NCBI GenBank assembly: GCA_951406725.2
Contig: OX597836.1
Location: forward strand, 5,394,001 to 5,458,000
Source: Octopus vulgaris
Lineage: Eukaryota
Reading direction: 5' to 3'
DNA: 64,000 bases
Shown one piece after another: positions 28,487-41,500 of the stretch. The notes under the pieces are model-generated. The model did no database searches, was not told where the DNA came from, and saw only the letters and a program-made list of their open reading frames with translations. A program made the position numbers and the translations under genes. Within the stretch, counting starts at the first letter, position 1. Every line of letters starts with the position of its first letter.

Positions 28487-28780
28487 TATTAGAATTAACT
28501 CGATAAATATTTTCTTCTCTTATCGCAGTGTTTTATAAATTTTTTAGCTCTTTTCTTCTCCAGCTTTTTATCGTTTCTGAAATTTGAATAAATTTGACCT
28601 TTTTTCAGACGCCTGACGATTGAGAGACAAGTGAAAAGAAGAGGAGAGAAGAGAAAAACATAGACATCTTCACACCTGCTACTCTTCGTTTTCATTGAAG
28701 TTTCCAAAGCTGCCAAACACACTTGAGATAACTTTGCTGTATACGGAGAAGGTGCAATTACTGCAAGAAGTATATTTTGT
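28487..28780 (+). mobile_element. Mariner 5' fragment (Mos1-type HTH)
   Basis: Degenerate translation HLLLFVF..SKAAK....AVYGEGAITAR matches the mariner N-terminal pattern RHLLLF.F..G.KAA.A...IC.VYGEGAI.ER. Confidence 0.7.
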
Positions 28781-28959
28781 CGCTGTAAGGAGAGAGAAAA
28801 GTTTATTTCTGTTTTATGGCCAAGCAAATTCTTTATTTCACTGGAGATTTCTATGGAGGGCTGATTCACGAGATTCCACGCCAACCCAGTAGCGATGATT
28901 TAGCTCAGCCGATGTGATTCTCCATTGATACCGACGCCCGTTTGTCATCTTCAGTCCAT

Positions 28960-29099
28960 GGGTATCTGGACCTTGACTGAGGAATGGACACTCCGAATGA
29001 CCCGTCCTTGTTTTCTTTGTATTGTCTATCTGGATGTTCTGTTGTCCCATTTTGCTTTCGCCTAACTATTCGGATGTTTTGCGTTCTTGACCCATTTGG

Positions 29100-29105
<6 letters not shown>
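28960..29105 (+). repeat. Interspersed repeat family F abutting (TA)n
   Basis: GACTGA...TGACCCGTC...GTTTTGCGTTCTTG shared with 50605-50700 (+) and, in part, 436-476 (-). Confidence 0.65.
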
Positions 29106-29198
<93 letters not shown>

Positions 29199-29455
29199 TA
29201 TGTATATATACGCGAGAATGAAGCAACAAGAATGGATAGGTTTTTAGTACAATCATATATATATATATATATATATATGAAGTTTGTTAAGTACTGCTGA
29301 TGATACCTGGTAGCCGTTAGTGGTGAAAGTGTTGCGGGGACACACGATCAGGGACTTAACTTGAAATAAAAATTCGATACTGTGTTTAACACGTATATTC
29401 GTAACCTTAATATTTTAAACCTTATATTTACTTACGTATATGTACATACATATAC

Positions 29456-29499
<44 letters not shown>

Positions 29500-29542
29500 A
29501 GAGAGAGAAAGAGAAGAGAGTGAGAAATATATAGACCCAGAC

Positions 29543-29594
<52 letters not shown>

Positions 29595-29997
29595 TTATGT
29601 ATGCGTATATGTATATACGCTTATGTATGCGTATATATATATATATATACACTTATGTATGCGTATATCATTTCTGTTGCATGTCAGAATGTGATACTGT
29701 TCCACATTTAAAGGTTATGTTTATACGGCATTTGCATATTTCCGTAGCTGTCATGGTTACGTCGTCTGGAAGAATAACAAATAGATTCTTTTAATGTTTC
29801 TCAGTAAACTTTCTCGGTCAACTTTTATTTTCTAAATACAAAAAATAACAGTACATGTGTTTCTGTGTTTTGTTGTTGTCGGCAAAATATAATTGCCATG
29901 CTGCTGTAAATGGTGAAATTGCCTCATTGTTACTGTATTATTTTAATACGCGTGTTGTACTTTCATAATATGTGTGTGCTAATGTATTCATACGTAA

Positions 29998-30058
<61 letters not shown>

Positions 30059-30162
30059 AGAGAGATAATGAAATAGATAGCTCACATGATTATGCATGTA
30101 TGTGTAAGTAAATAAATATATATATGTTTGTGTGTGTATATGTATATATACATAAATATATG

Positions 30163-30208
<46 letters not shown>

Positions 30209-30325
30209 TGTATGTATGTATGTATGTATGTATGTATGTATGTGTGTGTTTGTGTGTATGTGTGTATATATATGTGTGTTTGTGTGTGTGTGTATATATA
30301 TATATACATATATATATATATGCAT

Positions 30326-30915
30326 ATCGGCGGCGGCGGCGGCGGCAACGACGGTGTTTTATCGTGTATTCGATTACTTATTGACCACTTGTTTCCCCTC
30401 TCTCCGTGTTTATGTCTCTGATGGACTAATGAGGCCGATTCTTGCACGGAAGCCTCTTTTGCAAAATTCACAGGGGATCCATGGTGGAGGCTTCGGTGGT
30501 TGCAGCCGCCATTTTCTTTCTTGTCGTTCGTCTTCCTCTTTCCTCACTCGTTCAGCTTCAAAATGATGTCACAGAGGAGATAGGAACGATGCTAAGTGTG
30601 TCTGTCCTGAGCTTTAATGCCCCAGGTTTTGGGATATATTCTATTCAGTTTTAGGCTTTGCTTGAGCTGATCCTCGTATCGAGGGTGGGGAGAGCCATGG
30701 AGTCTTCTTTCGGTAAAAAGTTCACCTCATAGTATTTGACGGGTAGCTTGGCTTCTTTTATTCTTGCTACGTGGCCGGCCATCTCAGACTATGTTTCAGG
30801 ACAGAAGACACGATGGAGCTGCTTTTCGTTCTCTTCAAAATGGATACATCGATCACATAGTCGTTTCAGAGTGGACTTTTGTTGATGAAATCGCTCTAGA
30901 TTTTTGATGTCACTT
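30326..30915 (-). mobile_element. Decayed RTE-clade LINE 3' fragment
   Basis: Minus-strand translation with frameshifts gives LERFHQ...LKHSLRW.GHVARI...RYEDQLKQSL...FEAERVRKEED...IPCEFCKRGFRARIGLIS.QRH (RTE C-terminal C2H2-like motif), then a short UTR and a (GCC)n tail. Confidence 0.85.
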
Positions 30916-31009
30916 CGGTAATGGTAAGTGATCACTCAATTTGGTTTTATGGCTCAGATCTTTGTTCTTAAAGACTCTTTAAGATCACGTGATTAATCGC
31001 TAGCCACTA

Positions 31010-31144
31010 AAACTTTTTTTCTATCCCTGCTTATTTCTGTGTTCCTTTCTGCTGAAGAGCGTAGGCTCGAAACGTAAAAGACTTTCTCAATTCGCGTGCG
31101 TTAAACTAATACATCTATTTGTTGTTTATACATCCGTTTGTTCC

Positions 31145-31150
<6 letters not shown>
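31010..31150 (+). mobile_element. Repeat family E1 with a hammerhead-like motif
   Basis: CTTT-CTGCTGA-A-GAGC-GTAG-GCTC-GAAACGTA-AAAG at 31045-31080; ends at (TA)n; homologous to 43460-43600. Confidence 0.7.
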
Positions 31151-31188
<38 letters not shown>

Positions 31189-31462
31189 GTGTGTGTAGTG
31201 TATGTATATATATATATGTATATGTATATGCATGTATATGCATATTTACGCAGATACGTTCACTATATTGTGTGTGTGTGTATATACATATTCATAATAC
31301 ATACGATCATGATGTATATATGTGGGTATATAAAACTGCACACGATGACTATTATACATATACGCGTCTTTATGTGTATGCATCTCTGTGTATATATATA
31401 TATTTATATATGTATATATGTATATGTATGTATGTGTGTATGTATGTATGTATGTATATGCA

Positions 31463-31519
<57 letters not shown>

Positions 31520-32323
31520 CTGTCTATGCGCCCCCCAACTTTACTTCTATTTCCTGACTGTGTAGAAATCTTTAAAAATAAAATGTAAAAACATATTTTA
31601 CGAAATGAAATCTGGAAAGACTCCTGCATTTGCTAATATAATCATTAATGGTTCATTTGAGTTAATAACACGAATGCTTTCTAATAATAGCTGACAACTA
31701 ACTTTATAATTAAATAAATACTTGTGCGGTCGCTATAAGAACCTTACAAATTCGTAAGTGGCTGATTATCATAGCTAACTTCATTTGCAGATGAAGATAA
31801 ACACAGAAACTGATAGCGCAATTGAAGGGTGAAGGAATATGTACTTAAGGAAGTTTGTGTATTAGAGCTTTGGTGCTCGTGATTATGAGGACGCAAAGGA
31901 TAGGAGGTGGTGGTGCTGGGGGGAGGTGGTGGTGCAGGGGGGGGAGGTGGTGGTGGTGCTGTGGGTGGTAGTGGTGGTTAAGATAGATGTTAAGTTGTAC
32001 GTTTTGTGGATTTATCGATTTGACAGAGGATGGTTAAGATCGAAGTCTATTTGGATAAACATAGGTACGTAGAGGTGTGTGTGTGTGTGTGTGTGTAAAC
32101 AGACACAAGCAAACGCACAGACAGAAACACGCGCACACATAAATAATCCCACATATCCGTGTCTGTGTATATATAAAGACAGACAGACAGACTGTGAGAC
32201 AGATGTATATATATAATTTTTTATATATATATATGTGTGTGTGTGCATGTATATATATACATGCGTGTGTGTATATTGTATACGTTTAGTGAAGTCCTGT
32301 GTCCACATATGCATATATATATA

Positions 32324-32438
32324 GGCGCAGGAGTGGCTGTGTGGTAAGTAGCTTGCTTACCAACCACATGCTTCCGGGTTCAGTTCCACTGGGTGGCCGC
32401 AGTCAAATGACTGAAACAAGTAAAAGAGTAACAGAGAA
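32324..32438 (+). mobile_element. SINE family A, internally deleted (head fused to tail)
   Basis: Head to ...CCACTGGGTGGC joined directly to CGCAGTCAAATGACTGAAAC at a TGGC microhomology. Confidence 0.85.
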
Positions 32439-32483
32439 TATATATATATATATATATTCATCTTTAAATAAATCGGTCATTGA

Positions 32484-32645
32484 GGCGCAGGTGAGGCTGC
32501 ACAGTAAGAAGCTTGCTCCCCAACCTCATGGTTCCAGGTTCAGTCCGACTGCACGGCACCTGAAAATATGTTTTCCACTCTATACCCTTGGGGTGAGAAA
32601 GACTTTTGAGTGGATTGGGTAGATGGAAACGGAAAGAAGCCTGCC

Positions 32646-32681
<36 letters not shown>

Positions 32682-32721
32682 CTACTATGTATATATATTC
32701 CAAATTATGCATATATGTATG

Positions 32722-32815
<94 letters not shown>

Positions 32816-32825
32816 TGTATGTATA

Positions 32826-32919
<94 letters not shown>

Positions 32920-33140
32920 TGTATATATGCGTTTCTGCGTCTGTGGTTGTCTTCTGCCACCGCTTGGAAACCGGTCTTAGTGAGTTTGCGACCCTTCAGC
33001 AAACAAACTGTTACAATAAGTAACAGATTAAAGAGAAAAAAACGAAGTCTTGGAGAGAAATCATTCAACTAAATATTCTAAAAGACGGTGCCCCAGGATG
33101 GTCGCACTCAAATGAGTGAAACCAGAAGAATGATAAAATA
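32484..33140 (+). mobile_element. SINE family A, diverged, with an expanded (~280 bp) internal microsatellite
   Basis: Head, body and tail blocks all recognisable. Confidence 0.8.
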
Positions 33141-33549
33141 TAGATGTTTTTTTTTTTTTTAGTCTTCAGTTACAATTCCGTGTGCTTGTGATATTGCGGT
33201 TTCTATTTATTCTCGCTCGTTTGACAACTGCTACGAAGCAATCAAACACACAGAGGAAATAGAAACGCAGCAGAAGCACACCATTATCATCAATATATGC
33301 AGGAGGCGAGTCTGAGACAGTCTTGAAATATTGATGAACTGAGAAAAGTATACAGTTCCAAAGCAAACATCAAACAATAATGAGAAAATGTGAAAAATAA
33401 TAGAAATGTAAATCAAAACAAAAGAAAATACGGTGCATCTCAAAGCAATTGGGTCGTTAATATTTGAATCTATCTATCTATATCTGTCTCTCTGTCTCTC
33501 TCTCTGTCTCTGCCTGTCTCTCTTTCTCTCTCTCTATATATATACATGT

Positions 33550-33592
<43 letters not shown>

Positions 33593-33623
33593 TATATACA
33601 TATATATGTATGTATATATATAC

Positions 33624-33704
<81 letters not shown>

Positions 33705-33823
33705 TAGTTTTATATATATATATATATATATGTATTTTTCTATATGGTATAATTTAAGCATATCTTTATTGAATTGCTACATGGTGGTTTTTCTCTTTAT
33801 ATATATATATATATATATATATA

Positions 33824-34012
33824 CTGTTGTGTCTGGAGAGAGTCATTTTCGTTGCGTCTGGCAACCTTTTCAATAGTGTTGACTATAGAAGGGGTTGCAA
33901 AACGCAACGAAAATTTTCGGAAAATAAAAATAAGAAATATTTTGAAATTTTACCAGTGACTGTGTCAAATTATAAGGTAGAGAAAGAAAATGACTCTCTC
34001 CAGACACAACAG
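33824..34012. mobile_element. Repeat family G: two copies in inverted arrangement giving a perfect 27-bp terminal inverted repeat
   Basis: CTGTTGTGTCTGGAGAGAGTCATTTTC (33824-33850) is the reverse complement of 33986-34012; a single-orientation copy lies at 45034-45162. Confidence 0.75.
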
Positions 34013-34093
34013 AATATGCTTCAACACACGGACTCATATAAAGAATCTTGCAAACCAAATGCCAAAACGAAATATATATATATATATATATAT

Positions 34094-35663
34094 ATTCGAA
34101 CTGATCCACTTTGGAAGGGAGGACGCTCTGAAACTCCCATACTCTCTTCCTTCTGGAGAAATTCTCATGGCATCCAACAACATCAGAGACCTGGGAGTAA
34201 CAGTGGACAACAACATAAGCTGGGCTACACATATAAGCAGCAAAGTTGACATGGCCCGCAGAATGTGTTCCTGGATTCTCAGAACCTTCCAGTCGAGAGA
34301 TTCCCACGCTATTATCCTTCTCTTCTCCACTTTTGCCCGACCCCACCTTGAATACTGCTGTCCACTGTGGTCTCCCTACACAAAACAAAATTTGGGAGAG
34401 GGTTCCAACACTGATGTCATCTACCTTGATTTCAGCAAGGCCTTTGACAGGGTTGATCATAAGATCCTTCTGAGAAAGCTGTCCAATATTGGTGTCACTG
34501 GAAAGCTGCTGCAATGGATCAAGTGCTTCCTCTCTAACAGAACCCAACATGTTGTAGTCGAAGGAGTCAAATCCAGCCCAGCCAAAGTCAGCAGTGGTGT
34601 CCCACAAGGCACTGTGTTGGGCCCACTTCTCTTCATCATCTACATAAATGATATTACTGACACCATCAAACACAGCAACATCAGAACCTTCGCTGATGAT
34701 TCCAAGCTCCAGAAGGTCATCAATGGCGTGGATGACCGAATAAACCTTCAGTCAGACCTACTAGCTGTTGTCCAATGGGCGGAAAAGAATAACATGTTGC
34801 TAAATGAAGACAAATTCGAACTGATCCACTTTGGAAGGGAGGACGCTCTGAAACTCCCATACTCTCTTCCTTCTGGAGAAATTCTCATGGCATCCAACAA
34901 CATCAGAGACCTGGGAGTAACAGTGGACAACAACATAAGCTGGGCTACACATATAAGCAGCAAAGTTGACATGGCCCGCAGAATGTGTTCCTGGATTCTC
35001 AGAACCTTCCAGTCGAGAGATTCCCACGCTATTATCCTTCTCTTCTCCACTTTTGCCCGACCCCACCTTGAATACTGCTGTCCACTGTGGTCTCCCTACA
35101 CAAAACAAAATATTATGAGAATTGAAGCTCCCCAAAGGTCAATCACAAAAAAGATAGATGGCATGTCAGACCTTGACTACTGGGGTAGACTAGAGAAGCT
35201 GAAATTGTATTCACTCCAACGACGCCGTGAACGCTACATTATCTGTATGATGTGGAAAATATTCCATCAGCACTGTCCGAATGATGTTGGCATCACCTTC
35301 AAAATGCATCCAAGGCTTGGACCACGTGCCATCCGTCCACAACAAAAATCTAAATCGCATCACATAACGACAATACGGCACAACTATTTCACCTCAATTG
35401 GACCCGCTCTCTTCAACATTACACCAGGACACGTCAAAAAAGAAACTGACCACACAAAATTCAAGAAGTCTTTGGACAAGTTCCTTCAAACAGTACCGGA
35501 CAAACCATCCACACCCGGATATGTCTCCGCAAACAATAACTCTCTGCTCGAATGGGCCTTGGTGCCCAAATCCTGAACTGAAAGACTTCGCCAGGTGGTG
35601 CTATTAAGTTAGACATGGCCTGGGCCAATACTGGCCAAAAACCTTTCTAAGTTATTCTAAGTT

Positions 35664-35664
<1 letters not shown>
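34094..35664 (+). mobile_element. 5'-truncated non-LTR retrotransposon (CR1/L2-group LINE), apparently young, with a rearranged 5' end
   Basis: Uninterrupted RT ORF, ~90-bp 3' UTR with a hairpin, (TTCTAAGTTA)x2 tail, (TA)n on both flanks. 34094-34391 is an exact copy of 34814-35111. Confidence 0.93.
34392..35576 (+). CDS. Partial LINE ORF2 reverse transcriptase (RT core to C-terminus; no native start, no endonuclease domain)
   Basis: Motifs YLDFSKAFDRVDH, SGVPQGTVLGPLLF, FADD, RDLGV, RPHLEYCCPLWSP, YSLQRRRER, FKKSLDKFLQTVPDKP; no stops or frameshifts. The upstream part of ORF 33990..35576 is flank read-through plus the duplicated block. Confidence 0.9.
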   Translation: MGEGSNTDVIYLDFSKAFDRVDHKILLRKLSNIGVTGKLLQWIKCFLSNRTQHVVVEGVKSSPAKVSSGVPQGTVLGPLLFIIYINDITDTIKHSNIRTFADDSKLQKVINGVDDRINLQSDLLAVVQWAEKNNMLLNEDKFELIHFGREDALKLPYSLPSGEILMASNNIRDLGVTVDNNISWATHISSKVDMARRMCSWILRTFQSRDSHAIILLFSTFARPHLEYCCPLWSPYTKQNIMRIEAPQRSITKKIDGMSDLDYWGRLEKLKLYSLQRRRERYIICMMWKIFHQHCPNDVGITFKMHPRLGPRAIRPQQKSKSHHITTIRHNYFTSIGPALFNITPGHVKKETDHTKFKKSLDKFLQTVPDKPSTPGYVSANNNSLLEWALVPKS

Positions 35665-35697
<33 letters not shown>

Positions 35698-36732
35698 ACA
35701 CATCTGTATTTGTGTATACGTAAGTATAGTGTCTGAGTATATTATATCCAACCCATGGCATACCAAGGTGTGTTAGTTATATTATACACTTGTTCGGCAA
35801 CCACAGATTGCCTGACATTTAGGAAAACAAATTACTGAGGTCGCTTTTACCGACATAAAAAATTTCAAAGCCAAGTTACAGCAGGGTCGTCATCCAATGA
35901 TTGAAGCAAGTAATCTATGAAAGATGAAAGATATTTAGTAACTGCAGAAGCAACAGATAAGCTACAATCCCAACCAGCTCCGCCCAAATCTTCATCTCTT
36001 TTGCTAATGCAATACTTAATTGCTATTTGCATAAATTACACAAATGCAGTATTTGGCGCATGCAGGTAGCTGTACCTGATGACAGATAGGTATTCCGGTG
36101 ATTTTCTTTGGCAACAGGCATTAATATTTTTAACAGTATTTACAACAACATTTGCAAGAGTTACCAGGGTACGTACAGTTAGATAAGTAGGAAACGGGTG
36201 GAGAGACAGACAGAGAAGGATGTTTCCATAAATAAATAAATAAGCAAATAGTTGCAGTGTGATCGGTTGATAGCGATGGTGCTGGCGGTGTGTAAATCGC
36301 TGATTTTTGCGAAGATTAGGAAAACATCAAATGTTTTACGTCAATTTGATTGATTGATTGATTGGTTGATCGAGATTGAGGTTGTTTGAATGGCACGGAT
36401 CGATAAAATGTATTGAAATGACATGTCATTTGACGATTATGTAATCTAAGCTAGTATGTATGCAAGTAGGCATGCATGTTTTTATGCCTGTATCATACGC
36501 GTATTTATGCGTGCACGTACACACATACATACCCACATACACACATACATACACACATATACACATACATACACACATACATACACACATACATACACAT
36601 ACACACATATATGTATACATATATATATATATACATAAATATATTTATATATACACATATATAAATACATATATTTGTATGTACGTATCTACATATGCAC
36701 ATGTAGATATATATAGGTATATATACATATAA

Positions 36733-36795
<63 letters not shown>

Positions 36796-36814
36796 TATAT
36801 ATATATCTTAACAT

Positions 36815-36856
<42 letters not shown>

Positions 36857-37129
36857 ACGCACACACAAAACACTCACAGGCATGTATATGCGTAACGCAG
36901 CAATTAGGCGACATGGAAAGAGTAGTTAGTGCTCGGTATAAGATTGGATCATATGGACCACAAAGATTAAGTAATATAATCGATAACTGATTTTTCTACC
37001 TTGAGTAAACCAATTTATTTGCGAAACCTGATTCGGAATAACCTAATGCATCGCACATGCGCATACTAACAAATGTTTGTCATAAAAAATACACATATAC
37101 ATATACGTGCATATGCATACATACATACA

Positions 37130-37227
<98 letters not shown>

Positions 37228-37600
37228 TATGATATTGAAGTATAGATTTATGAACGAATTGTTGTAAAATAATTCCTGTAATTGTGTATAATGATATTTT
37301 TGTTAACAGAAGGTAAAGATTTTTATGTTCTTTTTTAAGAACATACACTTCCTAGAAATGCCATCTCCATCAGGTTCGCATTAAATGGCTAAACAAATTG
37401 GAATGTTATATGCATTGATTAAATGTATCTCGTACAATGCCTTGTTAGTATCTACATACTCACACACACACATACACAAAACGCACGCGCGCACACACAC
37501 ATATATATATACATATATATTTGCGTATATATATATATATAATATATGTGTGTGTATACATGTAAATGTATGCGCATATATAGATAAATATAATATATAA

Positions 37601-37663
<63 letters not shown>

Positions 37664-37773
37664 GTGTATATGTGCATTTATACATCTTTGTATACACGTC
37701 TCAATATAGATACCATGGGCGCAGTCAAGATGACTGAAACACATAAAAGAATAAAAGAATTGTGTCTATATAT

Positions 37774-37830
<57 letters not shown>

Positions 37831-37841
37831 GATATAGATAT

Positions 37842-37932
<91 letters not shown>

Positions 37933-37991
37933 GGATAGATATATGGATAGATAGATACATATAGATAGACTGATAGATATATACGTATATG

Positions 37992-38036
<45 letters not shown>

Positions 38037-38776
38037 TGTGTGTGTGTATACATACATTTAAATAAGTGTGCATTTGCGCGTGTGAGTGTACCTATTCGCG
38101 TGATTTGGCTTTTGCGTATACATACACATTGATACTCGCGTACCATAAACGTAGGAATGAGATAGAGAGGGAGGGAGCGAAGGAGTGAGCAGAATGAGTA
38201 ATTAGGCAAGAAGAGAGACGATGAGTGTTTCTGCAGTTGTTAATGAGAAATTCCGTATATTTCAATTAGATTTATTAATATATAATTCTCTTTTCCACAC
38301 ACACACACACACACACACATATACATGCATATGATTTATTTAATATCATTCAGCTCCTATACGCTCGGATGTAACTAACCGTTACTTAAATATTTTTGAC
38401 TTTAAATAAGAATCGACACATACAAAAGTGTCAAACTCGCATATATATCCATCACTTTGTAAAGGCACTAGACGCCAGATACGAAACTGAATCTCAGGAG
38501 AGACATTCTGAAGAACATATTACCTTAATTTTAGGACCCACTTACGACCAGATGATAATTAAATTGAAATACATTCGCGACGGATATATTCATGGAATTC
38601 TATTGAAATCTTCAGTACGAAATGATTATTAGTGTTATATTTTGCTTCTGATTCAACAAAGTGCAGTGAAGCAGAAACACATTCTGAATATATATACACA
38701 CACACTCACTCACATATGTATGTATATTTATATACATGTTTGTATGTGTGCATGCATATATAGATGTATACGTATA

Positions 38777-38827
<51 letters not shown>

Positions 38828-38908
38828 ATATTTCGCTGAGCGTCGAATAATACTATATTTGTTCCACGTCCTCGCGTTGTTGTGTTTTTTGTGTTTTCTT
38901 GTTTGGAT

Positions 38909-38954
<46 letters not shown>

Positions 38955-39171
38955 TATGTATGTATATATACATACATAAAATAATTTAGGGTAGCAGGGA
39001 ATTTGAATAATTATAACATATGATGATGAGACAGAGTTATAACCGACATAACTGAGCTGTAAGTCTATGTATTGTGCTTCTCACTTGACTGTTTTATACA
39101 ATCATCACATTTATATATGTGTGGCTGTATGTATATATGCATATATATACATACAGATACACATAAATGTA

Positions 39172-39242
<71 letters not shown>

Positions 39243-39743
39243 ATTTATCGAGAGTGAAAATCCGGTATGTATCGTTATCGGTAAATGTTTTTGCTTTTGA
39301 CTCTCGATAAATTTATCCCTTTTTTGTGTCCCTAGCACTTGGCATCCTTATTTAGGAGCCCTTAATTATATTTCTACGTGAATAATATTTTTCTATATGA
39401 ATAATATTTTGTCTAATGACTAATTCTTCTTTTGTGCTGGGCCACTGGTAGTAATCTATATTATTACCCTTTTGATTATATATATAAATACATATATATT
39501 ACCCTTATGATACTGCGATACTAAGAACCTGTTGTTAGAATTTAATATACATATGGTTCAGGACGAAGTGTCTGTCGAACGCCAATGTACGGCGAGGGTA
39601 ACAAGACATTGAGATAACAAAGGTATAAACGATTAGAGCTATGCACTTCATCAGCTCACAGTTCTTTCTGCTATAAAATGCAGTGGCCTCGTCGGAGCTT
39701 GAGTCATATCTATATATACATATATGGAGGGATGGATGTGGTG

Positions 39744-39790
<47 letters not shown>

Positions 39791-40010
39791 GCTTACGCTT
39801 TTACGCTTTTACTTGCTTCAGTCATTTGACTGCGGCCATGCTGGAGCACCGCCTTTAGTCGAGCAACTCGACCCCGGGACTTTTTTGTAAGCCCAGTACT
39901 TATTGTATCGGTCTCTTTTGCCGAACCGCTAAGTGACGAGGACATAAACACACCAGCATCGGTTGTCAAGCAATGCTAGGGGGACAAACACAAACACACA
40001 AACATACAAT
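39791..40010 (-). mobile_element. SINE family A 3' half
   Basis: Near-identical to 5710-5930. Confidence 0.9.
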
Positions 40011-40013
40011 CAT

Positions 40014-40051
<38 letters not shown>

Positions 40052-40389
40052 AACAGATAGATATTCTAGACAGACAGAGACGGACATACAAGCAAATAAT
40101 GACCTTGGTTAGTGGGGTTAACGATGCAAACCAGAAAAAAATACATCTCATTCCCCACCGTTGTATCCGAAAAGACTAATGCATCTAAGCTTGTCGTTTG
40201 ATTTGTAAGTCTGATTCGAAAGAAACTTAGTTGACATTTCCCGTTTGGGAGAACTGTATGAAAATTGACAGAAATAAAGGAAAAATAAGCTAATTGTACA
40301 TAGACTTTGTTTATCGAGTTTATAGACTTCCATTAGAAACAGAATAAAGAAAACATAAAACAAATAAAAAAATCAAATATTTTGCTTTT

Positions 40390-40700
40390 AAATATTTCAA
40401 AATGGAGGTTTGCTTCGATTTTTCAATCATCTTATTTTCGTGCATGGCTCTATATAAGTTGAGTGCATTTACACTTGTTCTTTAATTGGCATTGCTATGG
40501 CAATACTTGGATTTGCTTCTATTTTCAGTGCTTCCATCTCCACGCTTTTCAATGAAGAATTCTTTCCCTGACATTTCATTTTCATTGTCCTGTCTTTATA
40601 AAAGACGAATGTTGCCTCACCCCGAATCATACACAACCTGAATCTTTACACTTGACGGTCGTTCAGTATCCATGTCTATGTAACTCGATTCAAGGAATTT
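40390..40700 (-). mobile_element. Possible old mariner relic
   Basis: Degenerate peptide ALKIEANPSIAI...EQV*MHST resembles the second mariner HTH (IEANP.TT.RELA..L.V.HST); many stops. Confidence 0.35.
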
Positions 40701-41066
40701 TTTAGAAATCGCCCGGCTCTATTCCAGACATTCCAAAGAATAGGTACAGTTTATCTTTTACATGCTTCAGTCACCGTACTGCGGCCATACTGGGAAACAT
40801 CTGGAAGAGTTTTATTCTCTATCACTTATTTTTATAAGCTAGGAATTGTAGAATGTCATTCCATAAATTAATCATGCACGTAATATATTTATACTACTTT
40901 TCATATCTTCACTTATTTAAACCTGTAAACACCCAGCTAAGTAAGAAGAATCAACGTTAGAAATCTTTTTTTTGAAACCATTCCAATTAAAGGACGAATC
41001 CACATTTAAACTTTTACGTTCTTATATATGTGCATAATGCTTATATGTGTACACACACACACACAC

Positions 41067-41127
<61 letters not shown>

Positions 41128-41129
<2 letters not shown>

Positions 41130-41271
41130 ACGGGCCTTTTCAGTTTCCGTCTACCAAATCTATTCACAAGGCCTTGGTCGGCCCGAGGCTATAGTAGAAC
41201 ACACTAGCGCAAGATGCCACGGAGTGGGTCTGATCCTGGAAACATGTGGTAGGTAAGCAAGCTATTTACCA

Positions 41272-41337
<66 letters not shown>

Positions 41338-41500
41338 CACACACGACGGAATTTGTTAGTGTACGTCTCCCAAATTCTTCACTCACGCGCACGGCATTGG
41401 TCGCTCCAGAGTTATAGTAGAAGACACTCGCTCCACGTATTCAGGAATGGAGCAGAGGAAAACGAAAGCAAACGGTTGCAAAGCGAGTTTCTTTACCAAA
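41128..41500 (-). mobile_element. Two SINE family A 5' halves in tandem
   Basis: 41128-41272 matches 5950-6095; 41345-41500 is a more diverged copy. Confidence 0.75.

Noticed and set aside
28960-29010. Hammerhead in repeat family F
   Set aside because: TGACTGA-stem-GAA resembles a core but deviates in both copies; it cannot be supported without a consensus.
33990-34093. N-terminus of the 528-aa ORF as a genuine start
   Set aside because: It derives from repeat family G plus a TA run; chance read-through into the truncated LINE.
33870-35135. Minus-strand ORFs of 98-267 aa
   Set aside because: Antisense shadows of the LINE RT, partly duplicated along with the 298-bp block.
39791-41272. A single SINE A split by a 1.1-kb insertion
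   Set aside because: The orientation is compatible, but the intervening DNA contains older decayed relics, so two independent half-copies are more likely.
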